A stretch of DNA of 64,000 nt from the NCBI GenBank assembly GCA_000002445.1, contig CP000071.1, positions 1,120,001-1,184,000 of the forward strand, written 5' to 3'. Below, in pieces: positions 10,857 through 23,110 of the stretch. The stretch comes from Trypanosoma brucei (lineage: Eukaryota). Position 1 is the first letter of the stretch; every line of letters starts with the position of its first letter. The notes under the pieces were generated by a model. The model saw only the letters and a list, made by a program, of their open reading frames with translations, was not told where the DNA came from and searched no databases. The translations under genes and the position numbers were made by a program.

Positions 10857-12714
10857 GTGTTCAGTTTGCCCCTTTTACTCTTATTCTTACAAGCAACGAA
10901 ACCGAGAAAAAAAGTTACGCGTGCGGCACCGCAATACCGGATGTGCCGGAAACCCCTTCAGAAACAGAGCGGCTAGAGCAAATCACTTGAGCGCCGTCAA
11001 CCTGTGGTTAAGGGATGGGAACTAATAGGTGCAACCAAAGGCTCAATGGTGCGGTCGGATACGTGTCACACACCTTTTTGCTGTTCCCGTTTGAGTATAT
11101 CTATATATCTATATATCTATATAGATATATGGAAGTAAGAAAGGCAGTTCCAGGTTACAATAGGTTGCTACCTGATGGACCTCACTAATCTTTGCCGCGC
11201 GGTCAAATAGCAGTGGCGTGACGAGGCACCTATCGGAATGATGAAGTGTACGCACACAGCTGCAGATATGTTTTGTGCTATGGGGACGCGAAGGGGAAAA
11301 ACAAGCAGGGGTGGAGCAAAGAGGGAAAAATTTTAAAACACGAGACCACACGGAAAGGTTCACATGTAAAGGAAAATGAAGGTCACAGTGATATGTGGGC
11401 CACCACCAAAGCGAACAAAAAGCCGGGGACAAAAAGAAAGGATTGATGGAAAGCCAAACGTATACAATTAAGCAGTAAACATTGTAGGTTGAACCGTCGA
11501 GCCTTACAGAGGCGTAGAAGCGCACCGCTGCAGATGTGCATTCATCCTCAGATATGGTTTCGGCTGGGGACATGGGCAGTTTGGACACACGTATGGTGTG
11601 CCGTAGGTGAAAAAAGAGGTTGTCTCATCGTAAACTCGTTTGCCTGCAGCTCACCTTCACCTCCCCACACCCTTTCCCCCCCATCACGTGGAGGAGGACC
11701 GTTAGTTGCACCGATAAGCAACACTACGGCAGAATCGCTACGCAAAATGGCACCGGTACGGTACCCCACGCAACGCAGATATGCGCAGTTGGTGACGAAA
11801 TAGCTCCAGGTCCTAAGGAGAGTGAGGTGAAGCGGATAAATAGGCGCAACTGAACTCTACAACGGTACACAAAATAGGCACATGTCGTGCTACTACAAGC
11901 AAAGAAACAATAACATGCCCTTCCCTAAACGTGTGTTTCCGTCGCTGCATTTTTTGCGTGTCATCCTTCCCCCCTCTCAGCCTCGTAAAAATATTCGTTT
12001 GTAAACCCTCGTGGTACTATCTGAAAGACCATTATCTTCCAAATTGGTGCCCCTCTCCCTCCTCATCCCACGACACGACTTGATCACTTTTTCTTTTTCT
12101 TTTTCAGCCTTCGCCCCTTCTACGCCTTCGCTTACCCCACGTTTAGTGGTGCCTTTACGCAAACACACACAAACCTGCCGGTGCCACCTGCTACCTTCAG
12201 CGCAGTCGCCGCCATCCGCCTTCGAATGCCCCCCAACGCACTTTCTTATGTTACCCATCAACACATTGCCACTATGGCCGTCGTCTCAAATGGTGGGCTC
12301 GGCGCACCCACGTCTCGCAGCGAGAAGAGATCACGAGCGTAAGCGGCAACGAAATAAAACAGCAACCGCTTACAAGTACTAGTTGGAGACGAGATTGCAA
12401 GCAGATCCGTAACCACAAGACGCGCACGCTCAAAATTGCAACAAATGGAGGTATTGTCCATTGTTACACCCGCATACTGTCCGCAGGGAGAAAACAGAAA
12501 GTAAAACATCATTATGCTACAGACGAGGACAGACGCAGGAGTCATCCCTCCTTCCCATCAAGATTTCAGCTCGTGTATATGACTACCGCAGCGCATGCGA
12601 ATTTCCCCTCTAAGATTACGATACCCAAACGTGCAAACCACGATCGTTACAACAGTGGTCGTAAGTCACCTTCACATCGCTCATTCCTTCATTAATTTAG
12701 AAAATAAAAACGTT

Positions 12715-13887
12715 CTACGGGTCTCCGAATGTGCGGCGACCGCTCTCCCGTTCAGCCTCCGCTCGCATGATGCGCCGCTCAAGTTCATTACGCTTCTCAA
12801 TGTACCGCTCGCCCTGTTCATAGGCTTCGCGTTGTATAGCCTCCACTACTGAAACCTCATGCCTCAAATATTGTAGAATCTCCTGGTGGTCTCCACTGTC
12901 CACGCGACGATGCAATTGTGAATGAGTGCCAACACTTGAAACCGCAGACGATCCGGTGATGTCGGGAGTGGTAACAAGAGATGAATCGACGCAGGGGCCC
13001 GTACCGGCATCTGCGGAAGAGTGCACAAGAGAGTGTCGGAAACTGCCGCCACAACTTGTGGACTGTGTTTGAAGACGGTCGACAAACTCCTGCATTTGCT
13101 GAAGTGAAGAGTGCTCCGAAAGAAGGCTGTCCAAATGCTGCCGCTGACTTTGAAGCCTCACCAGCTGCTCGTTCATCGATGCCAGCGTTACTTCCTCCTC
13201 GCGTTGCAGCCGGCGCTCCAGGCTTAAGCTGCTGGCCTTTAGATCCATAAGTTTCTGCGCTTGCTCCGACTTCAACGCCTCCTCCCTATGCAATCTAACC
13301 TCCAGTTGGGCCTTCTGGCGGCGAACCTTATCCACCCGGCGCATCAGCTGATTTGTTATGCTCTCCCCTTCCCTTTCCGCAGCCTTGTATGTTTCCCTCA
13401 TACCCTCGTGCAACTTTGCCACATCCTCACGCTCACGGATAATGGTGCTTCGCAGCTTACGAATCCTAGTTCGAAGGTCGAGAACAGCGTCGCAGAGCTC
13501 TGCCCGGGACATTGTAAGAGCCGCCGCCTCCGCCTCTGCAGTCATATGCTCGAAGTCCACGAGTGACGACGTTTCTTCATCGCTTCTTGTTCCACCAGTT
13601 TGCCTACCGCTTCCACAATTGTTCCTCCTCTCGCCACGTCGCCCCGATAGCGGCAAGGTGTGAATGTCCAGAAGCGAAAGCAATATCGGTGCACCCGTCT
13701 CGACACTTGTCCCAGTCATGGAAGAATGAGCAGAACGACGCGTTGGGGTGTGAAGGAGACTACTATGAAGATGCCTGGAGGGTCGAGCGGATGTGGGGAC
13801 CGCCGATGCGCTGTTACTGATGGTCCCAAGGAGAGAGGGGTTCCGCACAGGAGAAATGGAACCGGAGCAATTCATACTTGCTCTCAT
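12715..13887 (-). CDS. Hypothetical coiled-coil protein
   Basis: 390-aa ORF on the transcribed strand. Its central region has heptad-like charged stretches (KLHEGMRETYKAAEREGESITNQLMRRVDKVRRQKAQLEVRLHREEALKSEQAQKLMDLKASSLSLERRLQREEEV...), with Ser/Thr-rich ends. No recognisable catalytic domain. Confidence 0.5.
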   Translation of the reverse strand: MRASMNCSGSISPVRNPSLLGTISNSASAVPTSARPSRHLHSSLLHTPTRRSAHSSMTGTSVETGAPILLSLLDIHTLPLSGRRGERRNNCGSGRQTGGTRSDEETSSLVDFEHMTAEAEAAALTMSRAELCDAVLDLRTRIRKLRSTIIREREDVAKLHEGMRETYKAAEREGESITNQLMRRVDKVRRQKAQLEVRLHREEALKSEQAQKLMDLKASSLSLERRLQREEEVTLASMNEQLVRLQSQRQHLDSLLSEHSSLQQMQEFVDRLQTQSTSCGGSFRHSLVHSSADAGTGPCVDSSLVTTPDITGSSAVSSVGTHSQLHRRVDSGDHQEILQYLRHEVSVVEAIQREAYEQGERYIEKRNELERRIMRAEAERESGRRTFGDP

Positions 13888-16800
13888 TATGCTTCCCCTG
13901 GGGGTAGTAGCAGTTGCTGCAGTTCAGCCTGAGTTTAGAGTGACTAATGCCACCAGTGGAAGGTAATTCGAACGCAACTGCCACAGTGAACACACAACGT
14001 CCTCGAGTACTCCCGATTCGGCACACTTATGGGTTGTTCAAGCACCGTCAACAGAATCTATACGAGTACTTGCACCTCTCGAAGCTATTCAAGACTGCCA
14101 ATTATGCGTGTGCTAAGGACTTGCCGATTCAATAGAACTACAAATACCTGAAGTAAGCTTTCCCTCCGGTTACTCTTGCAGGTCCTTTTAGTACGCAGCG
14201 TTCCTTATTGTAATTTACCTCCGCACCAACACCAAATATGCGGTACTCCGTCTCCACACACCTTTTCTGCTAAACGTACCTTTTCACGGTGTTTCCCCCT
14301 ACACCCCTTTTCTTTACTTCTCACGTACTTAGCTAACTAAACGTTGTCCTCTTCACCTTTCTCCTCTAACCGTACCAAATCAGACACACTGTTTGTAAAA
14401 GAAAACTGGGAGACCATAAAATGGGCATAGGACAGAACAATAACAACAACAGCAATACATCCGCGCACACAAGTGACATAGGCTTCAATTCTGTTCACTT
14501 ATCGGTCTGCACAAAAAAATAATTATATATAAATAAATATATATATGTTGGTGTGACGCGAACAGACGATGTGATGAATGGTGAGTGACTCGTCGGTCAG
14601 TCTGTATGGGTGGATATAGGAGATCACTTAACAGCATTACACACATGCATATAAACACTCACATTCACCCTTTTACGTGATGTATTCCCTTCCCCATTTT
14701 ATGCTTCTCTTTTGCCTTTTTCCTCTTTAATTTTTTTAATTAATGCTTACTCACTTCACTTCACTTTCTTTTTTGTTTCCCTTAGCCCTTTAACGTTCCC
14801 CTACGAATTAAAATCTGTGCGCGCGTAGGATCACTTTCATTCATTTTTGTTTTCCACATGCTCCAGTAATCCGTCACTCGTTCTTCGTTTTGTTTCCCCC
14901 CACTTTCTTACTTCTCATTTCCCCATGCTTATAATCTTCCACATTATTTTAGGGGTTCCCAGTTCCTTAGCCGTTTCCCGTTTCGTTTGTAAGTCAAACC
15001 GGTTTGTTCTTTACACAAACAGATAAATAAAATTAAAACAAATAGTAAAATAACTGTTGCGAAGCAGTGGACAAGAAACCAATGGTAAAATAAACAAAAC
15101 ATGGAAAGACAAAAATTAAAAACAAACACAGATATATATATATATATATATTAAAAGAAAAAGTAGCTGGCTTCAACGCACGGCACGAACAAAATCATCA
15201 CACACGCGAACACTTTACAATATTTCTCTCCCCCCACCCACAAACAAACAAACGAACAAACAAACACACACAAACAAACGCACACAAACAAATGCACCTT
15301 CTCACCACCTCCCGTCTCATCCCACTTATTTCCCAGAAATTGCACTCGTTTGTACTCCCGCCCTGCTCATACCGTCCCAACAAATGTTTCACCTCACCTC
15401 ACCTCACCTCATTTTATTTTATTTTATTTCATTTCGTTTTACACTTCTCCCGCTTCCCTTTTTTTAAAAAAAAATTTATAACATCATAGGGAAATCTCTC
15501 CAACGGAGTGAAGTTTACGGAATAGAAGAACTGTAAGCGGCCGAGTAAACGAAAGAAAAATGGAGGTTATGTTAAGTGGTCGGCATCATGAAAGAGGAGG
15601 GGGGAGATTATGTGAAGGAATAGAAAGGAAAACAACAACAATCTCCTCACATAAAAGAACGGTAGTAAGCAGCAGACGGGGAAGCGGATATATCAGGGGG
15701 GAACAAGTAAAAAAGTAAATAAATATAAATTTATTTACATATAAATATGTATGGATGATGTCCAAGTACAACAACGGCGCGAGCCATAAAAGAAAGAATT
15801 GGTAGAAACGCCCCGTATTTGCGTGCGTATGCTCGCGCGTAAATGGCGGTAGATGAACAAACAAACAAAAAAAGAAGGCAAAAGGCATCGGGCCGGCGCA
15901 CCCATACGGTAACCGTTATGGATAAGGGAAACAAGCACCTCTACACGCTGCAACGTTTTGTTGAACCTTCCCGTTGACCGGACCCAATTTTACTTTTTTC
16001 TCTCTTTTTGAATATACCTTTGGTGCAGTGTAGCACTTTTACCGGCGTGCTCCGGTTTGGTCTCCTTTCACACCCACTTCCTTTCAGTAACATACCTTTC
16101 ATTTTCCCATCTTCTTTCGTTCTGTATTATATCCCTCGTCTTCTCCTCTCCCCCTTTCTTTCCTCTTTCCTCTCACTTCATTCCTTCAAATGTGAAAGTA
16201 AAGCTAGAGGGGGAAAACAAAAGGAAGAAAAAAGGACAATCCGAGGCCCATATAAAATAAAATAAAAAATAAGAACGAAAGTAGGAAAGATATATATATA
16301 TATATATATTTCGTTTAATTCTTGTTCAAAAAACGAAAACGAAAAGGCGAAAGATGATGAACAAACGGAAGGGGTTGAACATGAGATACGCACGTATACA
16401 TTAATATAAATATATATATGTACATATATTCATAATGATAGTGATATATGGTAGAGGTGAGGAGAGCGCGTGCCCCGCCTCCCCCCTCTCGAACTCATAC
16501 ACCCACTTCCTCCAAATGGATGAAAAAAATGGCACAATTGGCGTTGAACGCGCTTCAAGTATCTGATGATCCCTTTAATTGGCTGTTTCTCTTTCCCCCT
16601 CCCTTTTCTTTTAAGAAACAAAACACGACTGATTCGTTCTTTTTCACTGACGGTATCGTTGCTACAATGAATCTTAAAGTACCCTCTTCTGTTGCCTCTT
16701 CGTCTTGATCCTTATACCGTTATTTACCCGTATGAATTCAATATACATTCCCCTTCCACATAGGCACACACGCGCATACACAGACGAATGAGAACTGCAT

Positions 16801-17476
16801 AGGTTTTATCACTCCAACGCAACTAAAAGAACAAATGAAACACTTTTCTTTCTTTTCCCATTGAGCACACTGTTCGTGTTTAAAACAAAACAAAAATGAA
16901 CAAAAGAAGGCTCAGGTGATGTCGTCTGAGGGTCACCCCACTCTTTTTTTTTCTTGTTGCCAACACGCAGCCTACCACCCACTTTCCGTCTTGTATATTC
17001 TCATCCCCCTTTTTTGTCATTACTAATACTGGCGTGGTTAACTTCCATGCTGGCATGACCCGGAGACCAATTTCAAGAAGGAAAAAGGGAAAACAGAACA
17101 GGGAAGTGTGTTGCCTTCAATAATAGAACCCCGCTTTCCATTTCCCCTCTTCCCCCCTTTCCCCGTTCTCTCATTTTTAATTGTTTACAACAAAATAAAA
17201 ATAAATAGAGGCGCAAGTTGTCCCACAAACTCTGTAGCAATGGTTTATATAAACAATGGCTAGCAAGACACAAGATTGAAAACAAACCATATAGGCGCAT
17301 ATATATAAATATATATATATATAAATATATGTGATCATACGCAATCAAAATGAGCAATATAACGAGAGTGGTGCATATATATATATATATATATATACAG
17401 ACACGCACACATACATATTAAACCTACTTTACAACCGGTTCCCCTCCTTCGGCTTTGGCCATACGGTGGAGCCCCT

Positions 17477-18496
17477 TTACTTTCCCCTGTTCCTTTGATA
17501 ATTAGACTCAACAGCATCCTCGTAAGGGTAAGGTGGGGGCGGCTGGACGTGGACTGGAGCCGCCGGTGACTTCATGCACGCACTCATGAAGGTGTACGTA
17601 CCGCCTCCGCGCACACCTTCTGTACCAGCGACTCCAGCTACGCCACAGCTCAGAATGTGGCTCCCACCGACACCAGCACCACTTGCTAATGGGGTGTTGT
17701 ACGCACCAGGCACCTTCGTTGCAGCGCCCAAATCTTCGCCTGCCTGCTGAACAGCTGTGCAGAGGGGCGGCAGCGTAGCCGGTGGTAAAGCACAACCCGT
17801 CATGGGTGTCATGGGTGTGGTAACAGCCACGGGCGGAGTGTACGGCGGGGTCGGTTTGGTAACAGGCTGTAGCATAAACACACCGTATTGGTTGCGGACG
17901 AGAATGGGATCGTGTTGAGCTGCCGGCATCTGGGGAGCAAAACGCGAGCCGAGCGGTGACATGTCAACAGGCATGCCAGAGAGCGGTGGCGTTGTGGCAA
18001 TGGCCACAGCAAACGATGGCGGCGGATGGCCATTGTGTGGTGTAGTGGTGTAGCTGTAAGGACTATTCGCGGGCTGGGGAGAAGAGCCATAAACCGGTGG
18101 CGGCACGTAACCGCGGGATGACAGTCCATGAGACTCTTCGACGGTGAATCCACCAACAATTCCGGAGGCACCAGCACCTTTTCCGTCGCTGTTATCAGCG
18201 TTGGCGCCCGAAATGGCACTAGGGGGGAGCAGATTATTCGCCGAACAGGCTTCCTCATCGTCGTCAGAGCCGCACTCCTGTTCCATGTCGTTTATGATAC
18301 GCATATAGACGGCTTTTTCATCTGCTGTCTCCGGGGGTTGTCCGCTTCCCACGAAAGGTGATGTGCCGAAGCCCGGGAGCGTGCTTGGTGATACATCGTC
18401 CTCTACCAATCGGGCCGCGGAGATCTCGGTCTCTGGACTCAAATCTGGTGAATTGAATGATGCCGGGTTCCACTCAGCATCAGAAGATCGATTCAT
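17477..18496 (-). CDS. Hypothetical proline-rich protein with PPxY-type motifs
   Basis: 339-aa ORF, protein-like but low complexity (P/S/T/G/A rich). It contains several P-P-x-Y-like motifs (PPPVYG, PPYTPP, PPPPYPY) and an acidic patch (ECGSDDDEEACS). The start codon is uncertain. Confidence 0.45.
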   Translation of the reverse strand: MNRSSDAEWNPASFNSPDLSPETEISAARLVEDDVSPSTLPGFGTSPFVGSGQPPETADEKAVYMRIINDMEQECGSDDDEEACSANNLLPPSAISGANADNSDGKGAGASGIVGGFTVEESHGLSSRGYVPPPVYGSSPQPANSPYSYTTTPHNGHPPPSFAVAIATTPPLSGMPVDMSPLGSRFAPQMPAAQHDPILVRNQYGVFMLQPVTKPTPPYTPPVAVTTPMTPMTGCALPPATLPPLCTAVQQAGEDLGAATKVPGAYNTPLASGAGVGGSHILSCGVAGVAGTEGVRGGGTYTFMSACMKSPAAPVHVQPPPPYPYEDAVESNYQRNRGK

Positions 18497-19791
18497 TCTC
18501 TGATTTGTGCGCCTTGTTACACCTACTAACCTCCACCCAGAAACTCACCTTTCGACTCTCACAAGTGCGATACGAGGCAATCTCTTTCCTCGGAGACAGG
18601 TGTGCAGTCGTTCAACGGTTAAGGGGCTCTACTTGCCGTCAGGCGAAGTGTTGTTCTTTCCTGAACAAAGCAAAATAAGTTCCCCTGACCCTGGTACCTG
18701 TTTGCAGCGACTCGGTTAACTGGTACTCTGTTGATCTTAAGTTGTTACCGATTTGCCCTTTTCCTGCACCCTTCTTCTTGCAACGTTTCTCAGTCCGAAG
18801 ACGGTGGTGCTTTTATTCCTTGATTTCCCCTTTCTTATTTCTATTGTTGGGTACTCTAGTCTGCGACAACCGTTTTCTTATTCACTAGCTTTTCTATCAA
18901 AGGGAGGAGCCGAACAATATCCTTCACAATCCGATTCCTCTTCTTTTCGCTGATCTTTTATTTTTATTCTCTCAGTCAATTTCCAACTTGTGTATCTGGA
19001 GGTGAACGAATCGTCGGCAATAATTGAAATCGGTCACGCGCGGCACGTGCCCTCTGATTGACACTTATAAATCCCAACCCAATGATTTTTTTTTACGGTG
19101 GTTACTTGGTCAAAGATGAGGTGGGGCGAGGGCGTGTTAGTGACATATGTATATGTATACAGACACACGAAAAAAAAAAAAGAAAAGCAGTGACATGACG
19201 CACACAAGGGGAAAATGGGGGAGGGAGAAACAACTGTACACGGCGCTGAAGACAGCGGATTCGAGGGGATTTGCCAATGGGAGGAAGAGAAATAAATCCA
19301 GCGGAACACGGCGTGAACAATGAATTGCGGAGCCCCTCCTCCTTTCCTTCATTCTGTCAATGATGGTGAAGACACCGGTGGTAGCAGCCACCGTTAAAAA
19401 AAATAAAATGACATACCACCGCGCCAGTCCCGATGCGCCAATTAGGGTCAGCAACACTATTCTTGGTATGATGACAGCCACAAGACAGTTCGTCCGCCAA
19501 AAGAAGTGGACCAGTAAGCAGGCTTTAACTCTTACTGAGTTCTTTTATCTCTCCCCATGTGTTTATTTCCTTCACCAGCTCCACACACAAACAGTGCGAC
19601 AGCCTTCGCAAACGCTTTGAGGGTGGTGACGCCGCACGACCAAATGGATCTGTTGGTGCGGATAAAAGCGCTAAAATGTTAAAGCAGTCATTCTGGGGCG
19701 CACACTCAAGCCGTCACAAAACAACAAGATGCGTTGCGAGAGACACTAAACGGTGCAACCATAACAACCGCAACGTTCCCCCTCATCGGGA

Positions 19792-22041
19792 TTATTTACG
19801 GGTCGCTGGTCGCTTGAGCGTTGTAACGAGACCAACTCCTCGAACGTAGCGACTACCCTGTGTCTGCGTTTGCTTTTCATTGGCTGGTACCCGCCAATCC
19901 TTTCCTGCCACAGTCGAGTGAAATTTATATCGCTGGCGGGAAGGCGCTGTCCCACATCGTTCCACATCTTGCACTATTGAAAGTACGTCATCAGGTAGTG
20001 CCGCCCCCTGTTGCTGCTGCACAATGAAACGTGCGATAATCGGTGCGTTTGGGTCACCTGCGGTAACAAACGTGTGCGCTGTCCCGGTTCGGCCGGCTCT
20101 TCCCGTCCGCCCAATGCGATGTACGTACGCATCGACATGAGCTGGGAGGTCATAGTTGATCACGTGTGAAAGACCAGGAACGTCAATGCCGCGGGCAGCA
20201 ACATCAGTGGCGCAAAGTACACGGACTTCGTTGCAGCTGAAGCCTCGTATCATCGCCTCACGGCGCTTCTGCCGCATACCACCATGCAGAAACTGAAGCA
20301 TATTTGGTGGTGCTCGCAACGCACGTGAGAGTTCACTCGCCAACCACTCCACCTCCTCTTTCCGGTTGGCAAAAATAAGAACCTGTTGCCTTCGGTTAAT
20401 CACGCCATCATCGTAAAGCTTAACAATTGCCTGTAACCGTTGAGAAGGGTCGGACAAAGCGTACATTCTTTGCGTAACATTCGAGTTAACCTTATGCTCA
20501 CGGTCTACTTCTAGCAAAAGCCGCTCAGGTTGCATAAACCGCGTGGCCAGTCCCCCAACGGTGGCATTCCATGTGGCCGTCCACATCGTTGTCTGCCGGC
20601 TTCGTCGATACCTCTTAATATCTGACATCAGAAACTCCAACTGCGGTGCAAAACCAAGCTCCAACATTCGGTCTGCTTCGTCCATAATAAGAAAGCTCAC
20701 CGCCTTCAGGCTGACTTCTCGGGCCTCAACAAAGTCACAAAGCCGGCCCGGGGTCGCCACCAGTACGTCGCATCCCCCCATGTGCCGCACATATTCCAGT
20801 TGTTGCTCCCGATCCTGTCCTCCGTACATACCAGCTATGCGCACTGCATTTTCCGACAACAGGGAAAAAACCCGACGCGTTTGTTGCACTAATTCTCTAG
20901 TGGGGCACAGAACCAGCACATGCGGCACCGCCCGCACCCTCCCAGACTCCTCCGATGGATCTCCGCTGGCCTCAGTACTTGCGCTATTTTCAACATGGTC
21001 ACTCTCCAGCCGCCTGGCGAGGGCTGCAAGCGCAGGAAGCGCGAACGCTACAGTTTTTCCACTCCCGGTTGGCGCAACCCCAACAACGTCGTGTTTTGCC
21101 ATAAACAAAGGAATCGCCACAGACTGCACAAGACTTGGTGCAATATACCCGGATCGCATAAGTCCGTGCCGTAACCACGGAGGCAACTTGTTGGCGAGAT
21201 CCTCGAAAGAGAGAAGGCGCTGTACAGGGACAGTATTTCGCATGTGATCGCGCACAACGAAATTTTCTTTTTCACTGCCCACATCACTCAAGGAGCCGTG
21301 GTCAGTTGTTTTTTCCTCTGTGCTGAATGTTGAGGCTTCGCCGCGATCGGCATCAGTTGGTGAGCCTTGTCCACTCACAGACCGCATTGGAAGACCAGTT
21401 GTGCGTGTGTCACTGTGTTGGCAATTGCCCTGACATAGTGAGGGAATCTTCGAAGGAGATGGCCCCATTGCACGCTTTACCTCCAGAGAAGTTTCTGAGT
21501 CATTACTACCCGAAGCCAATAATGGATGTGGATTGGTGTCACGCACGCCAAGTTGCGTTCCACCCTCAACGCTGATGCCATTCTCGCCGCATGTCGCTAC
21601 CTTTGCCACAGCGGCGGGGACGTCACTCTTCATAGTTGAAGTATCAAACACTCGGTCCTCACTGTTGGTGGGCTGGTGAGGGTCCTCACAACGCAGCTCA
21701 GTGTGAAAATCATTGTTTGCATGCAAACCTCTGCATGACACACTCACAATACCATCGGTTACGAAAGAATGTGTGTCACTCGACGCGTTACTTTCATGGC
21801 TTTCAACGGGAGGAGCGTGAGGCATCCCCACAACTCCGTACTTTCGGGGTGCACCACTTTCAACCTCCTGTACCGTCGCCATACCTGAAGTGGCATGAGC
21901 GTTACCTGCATCGTGGGGAGGTAATTTAGCGTGACGGAATTGGACGCTGCGTGGACCCCAGTAAGCACTACCAACTTTCACTGAGCACTGACGAACAGTC
22001 CGCAAGCAGTGAAATGTCCAGTGTCGCATTTGCACAGGCAC
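19792..22041 (-). CDS. DEAD-box ATP-dependent RNA helicase
   Basis: 749-aa ORF with the helicase core motifs: I APTGSGKT, II MDEADRM (DEAD), III-like TAT(W), and VI HRIGRTGRAGRTG. The N-terminal ~300 aa is low-complexity Ser/Thr-rich. The true start may be a downstream Met (e.g. MATVQEVE..., about 54 codons in). Confidence 0.85.
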   Translation of the reverse strand: MPVQMRHWTFHCLRTVRQCSVKVGSAYWGPRSVQFRHAKLPPHDAGNAHATSGMATVQEVESGAPRKYGVVGMPHAPPVESHESNASSDTHSFVTDGIVSVSCRGLHANNDFHTELRCEDPHQPTNSEDRVFDTSTMKSDVPAAVAKVATCGENGISVEGGTQLGVRDTNPHPLLASGSNDSETSLEVKRAMGPSPSKIPSLCQGNCQHSDTRTTGLPMRSVSGQGSPTDADRGEASTFSTEEKTTDHGSLSDVGSEKENFVVRDHMRNTVPVQRLLSFEDLANKLPPWLRHGLMRSGYIAPSLVQSVAIPLFMAKHDVVGVAPTGSGKTVAFALPALAALARRLESDHVENSASTEASGDPSEESGRVRAVPHVLVLCPTRELVQQTRRVFSLLSENAVRIAGMYGGQDREQQLEYVRHMGGCDVLVATPGRLCDFVEAREVSLKAVSFLIMDEADRMLELGFAPQLEFLMSDIKRYRRSRQTTMWTATWNATVGGLATRFMQPERLLLEVDREHKVNSNVTQRMYALSDPSQRLQAIVKLYDDGVINRRQQVLIFANRKEEVEWLASELSRALRAPPNMLQFLHGGMRQKRREAMIRGFSCNEVRVLCATDVAARGIDVPGLSHVINYDLPAHVDAYVHRIGRTGRAGRTGTAHTFVTAGDPNAPIIARFIVQQQQGAALPDDVLSIVQDVERCGTAPSRQRYKFHSTVAGKDWRVPANEKQTQTQGSRYVRGVGLVTTLKRPATRK

Positions 22042-23110
22042 AATGTGGAGTCGGGATCCTCTGCGTCGGTTTCTCCACCGTTCCTTGTGTGTGTGTGTGT
22101 GCGCTTAGCTGACTTTCCCCAACTCAGTGCTAAACGATGCCTTTCACCTCAGGTGCACAGAAAAAAGGTGCGAGAGCAGGAGGAGTTTACTTACCCTGAA
22201 TGGGGAACGTTCAAGAGACGCACAATCCCCACGCCACCTCCCTCGCATGACACAAAAAGGACCGTAAGAAAAAGAAAAGAGATATAATGCAGTGGGTACA
22301 AGCGGCGTAAGGTGATAGAGGCCGCACCAAACGGCAAGGATTTGATGGTAGAGAGAAGTTGAGCCAACAAATAAGCATACCACCGCAAACGGATACCATC
22401 AATAATGGGGAGGGGAAATGTGAAGCAAGATGCATACGACACTGCGGTCAGTAAGTTGAGATCGAATTGTGAAGGAAAACGCCATTTCCTCCCATTTTTC
22501 TTGTTTTCCCCACCCCTCACCGACCTCTTTTCTTGTTCATACATGTGTTAGCAGAGAGAGGAAGAACGTAATTGAACCTGTTTGCCCGATGTTCCTCCTT
22601 ACCCTATTCCTTTTTCTTTTTTGTGTTGTTATCTCTCATCCTTCCCTACGTCTTTTTCTTATTTCTCTGTTCCTTTCCACTAATACAACTTTGCACGTGT
22701 TCTCAGTCCCAGAAATGATAGAGAACGAAAAGGGGGCTTCTCCCCTCGGCAGCCGTTCGGGGGGTAGACGTGGTCCCTAACATTACTTTTCCGGTTTCCT
22801 CCCTCTTATTTATATTTTTCAAAAAAAAAAAATCAACTCACTTTGCACACACTCCTTTGTTTTTTTTTGTTTCCCCCAGGTTCTTTGCTTACTTTTTTTT
22901 AAAAAAATACCACTTTTCCCCCTTGTGGTTGTTGATTTTTCTTCTTTCACTGGTGCTTGTCATCACCTGCTCGTCTATAGCAACCCTCCATTCACCTTTC
23001 CCTTTATTATTTTTCTTTTTATTTTCCCACCTGATAAGCACATTGTTGCAGGCGTTAGAACCACTTTTTATCTCTTTCCCTTGTGTGTTTTCACTATTCT
23101 TGAAGATACC

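Noticed and set aside
11109-12545. Several 70-160-aa ORFs on both strands in the spacer between the apyrase and the coiled-coil gene
   Set aside because: Composition is dominated by translated pyrimidine tracts and simple repeats. No domain content. They are treated as intergenic.
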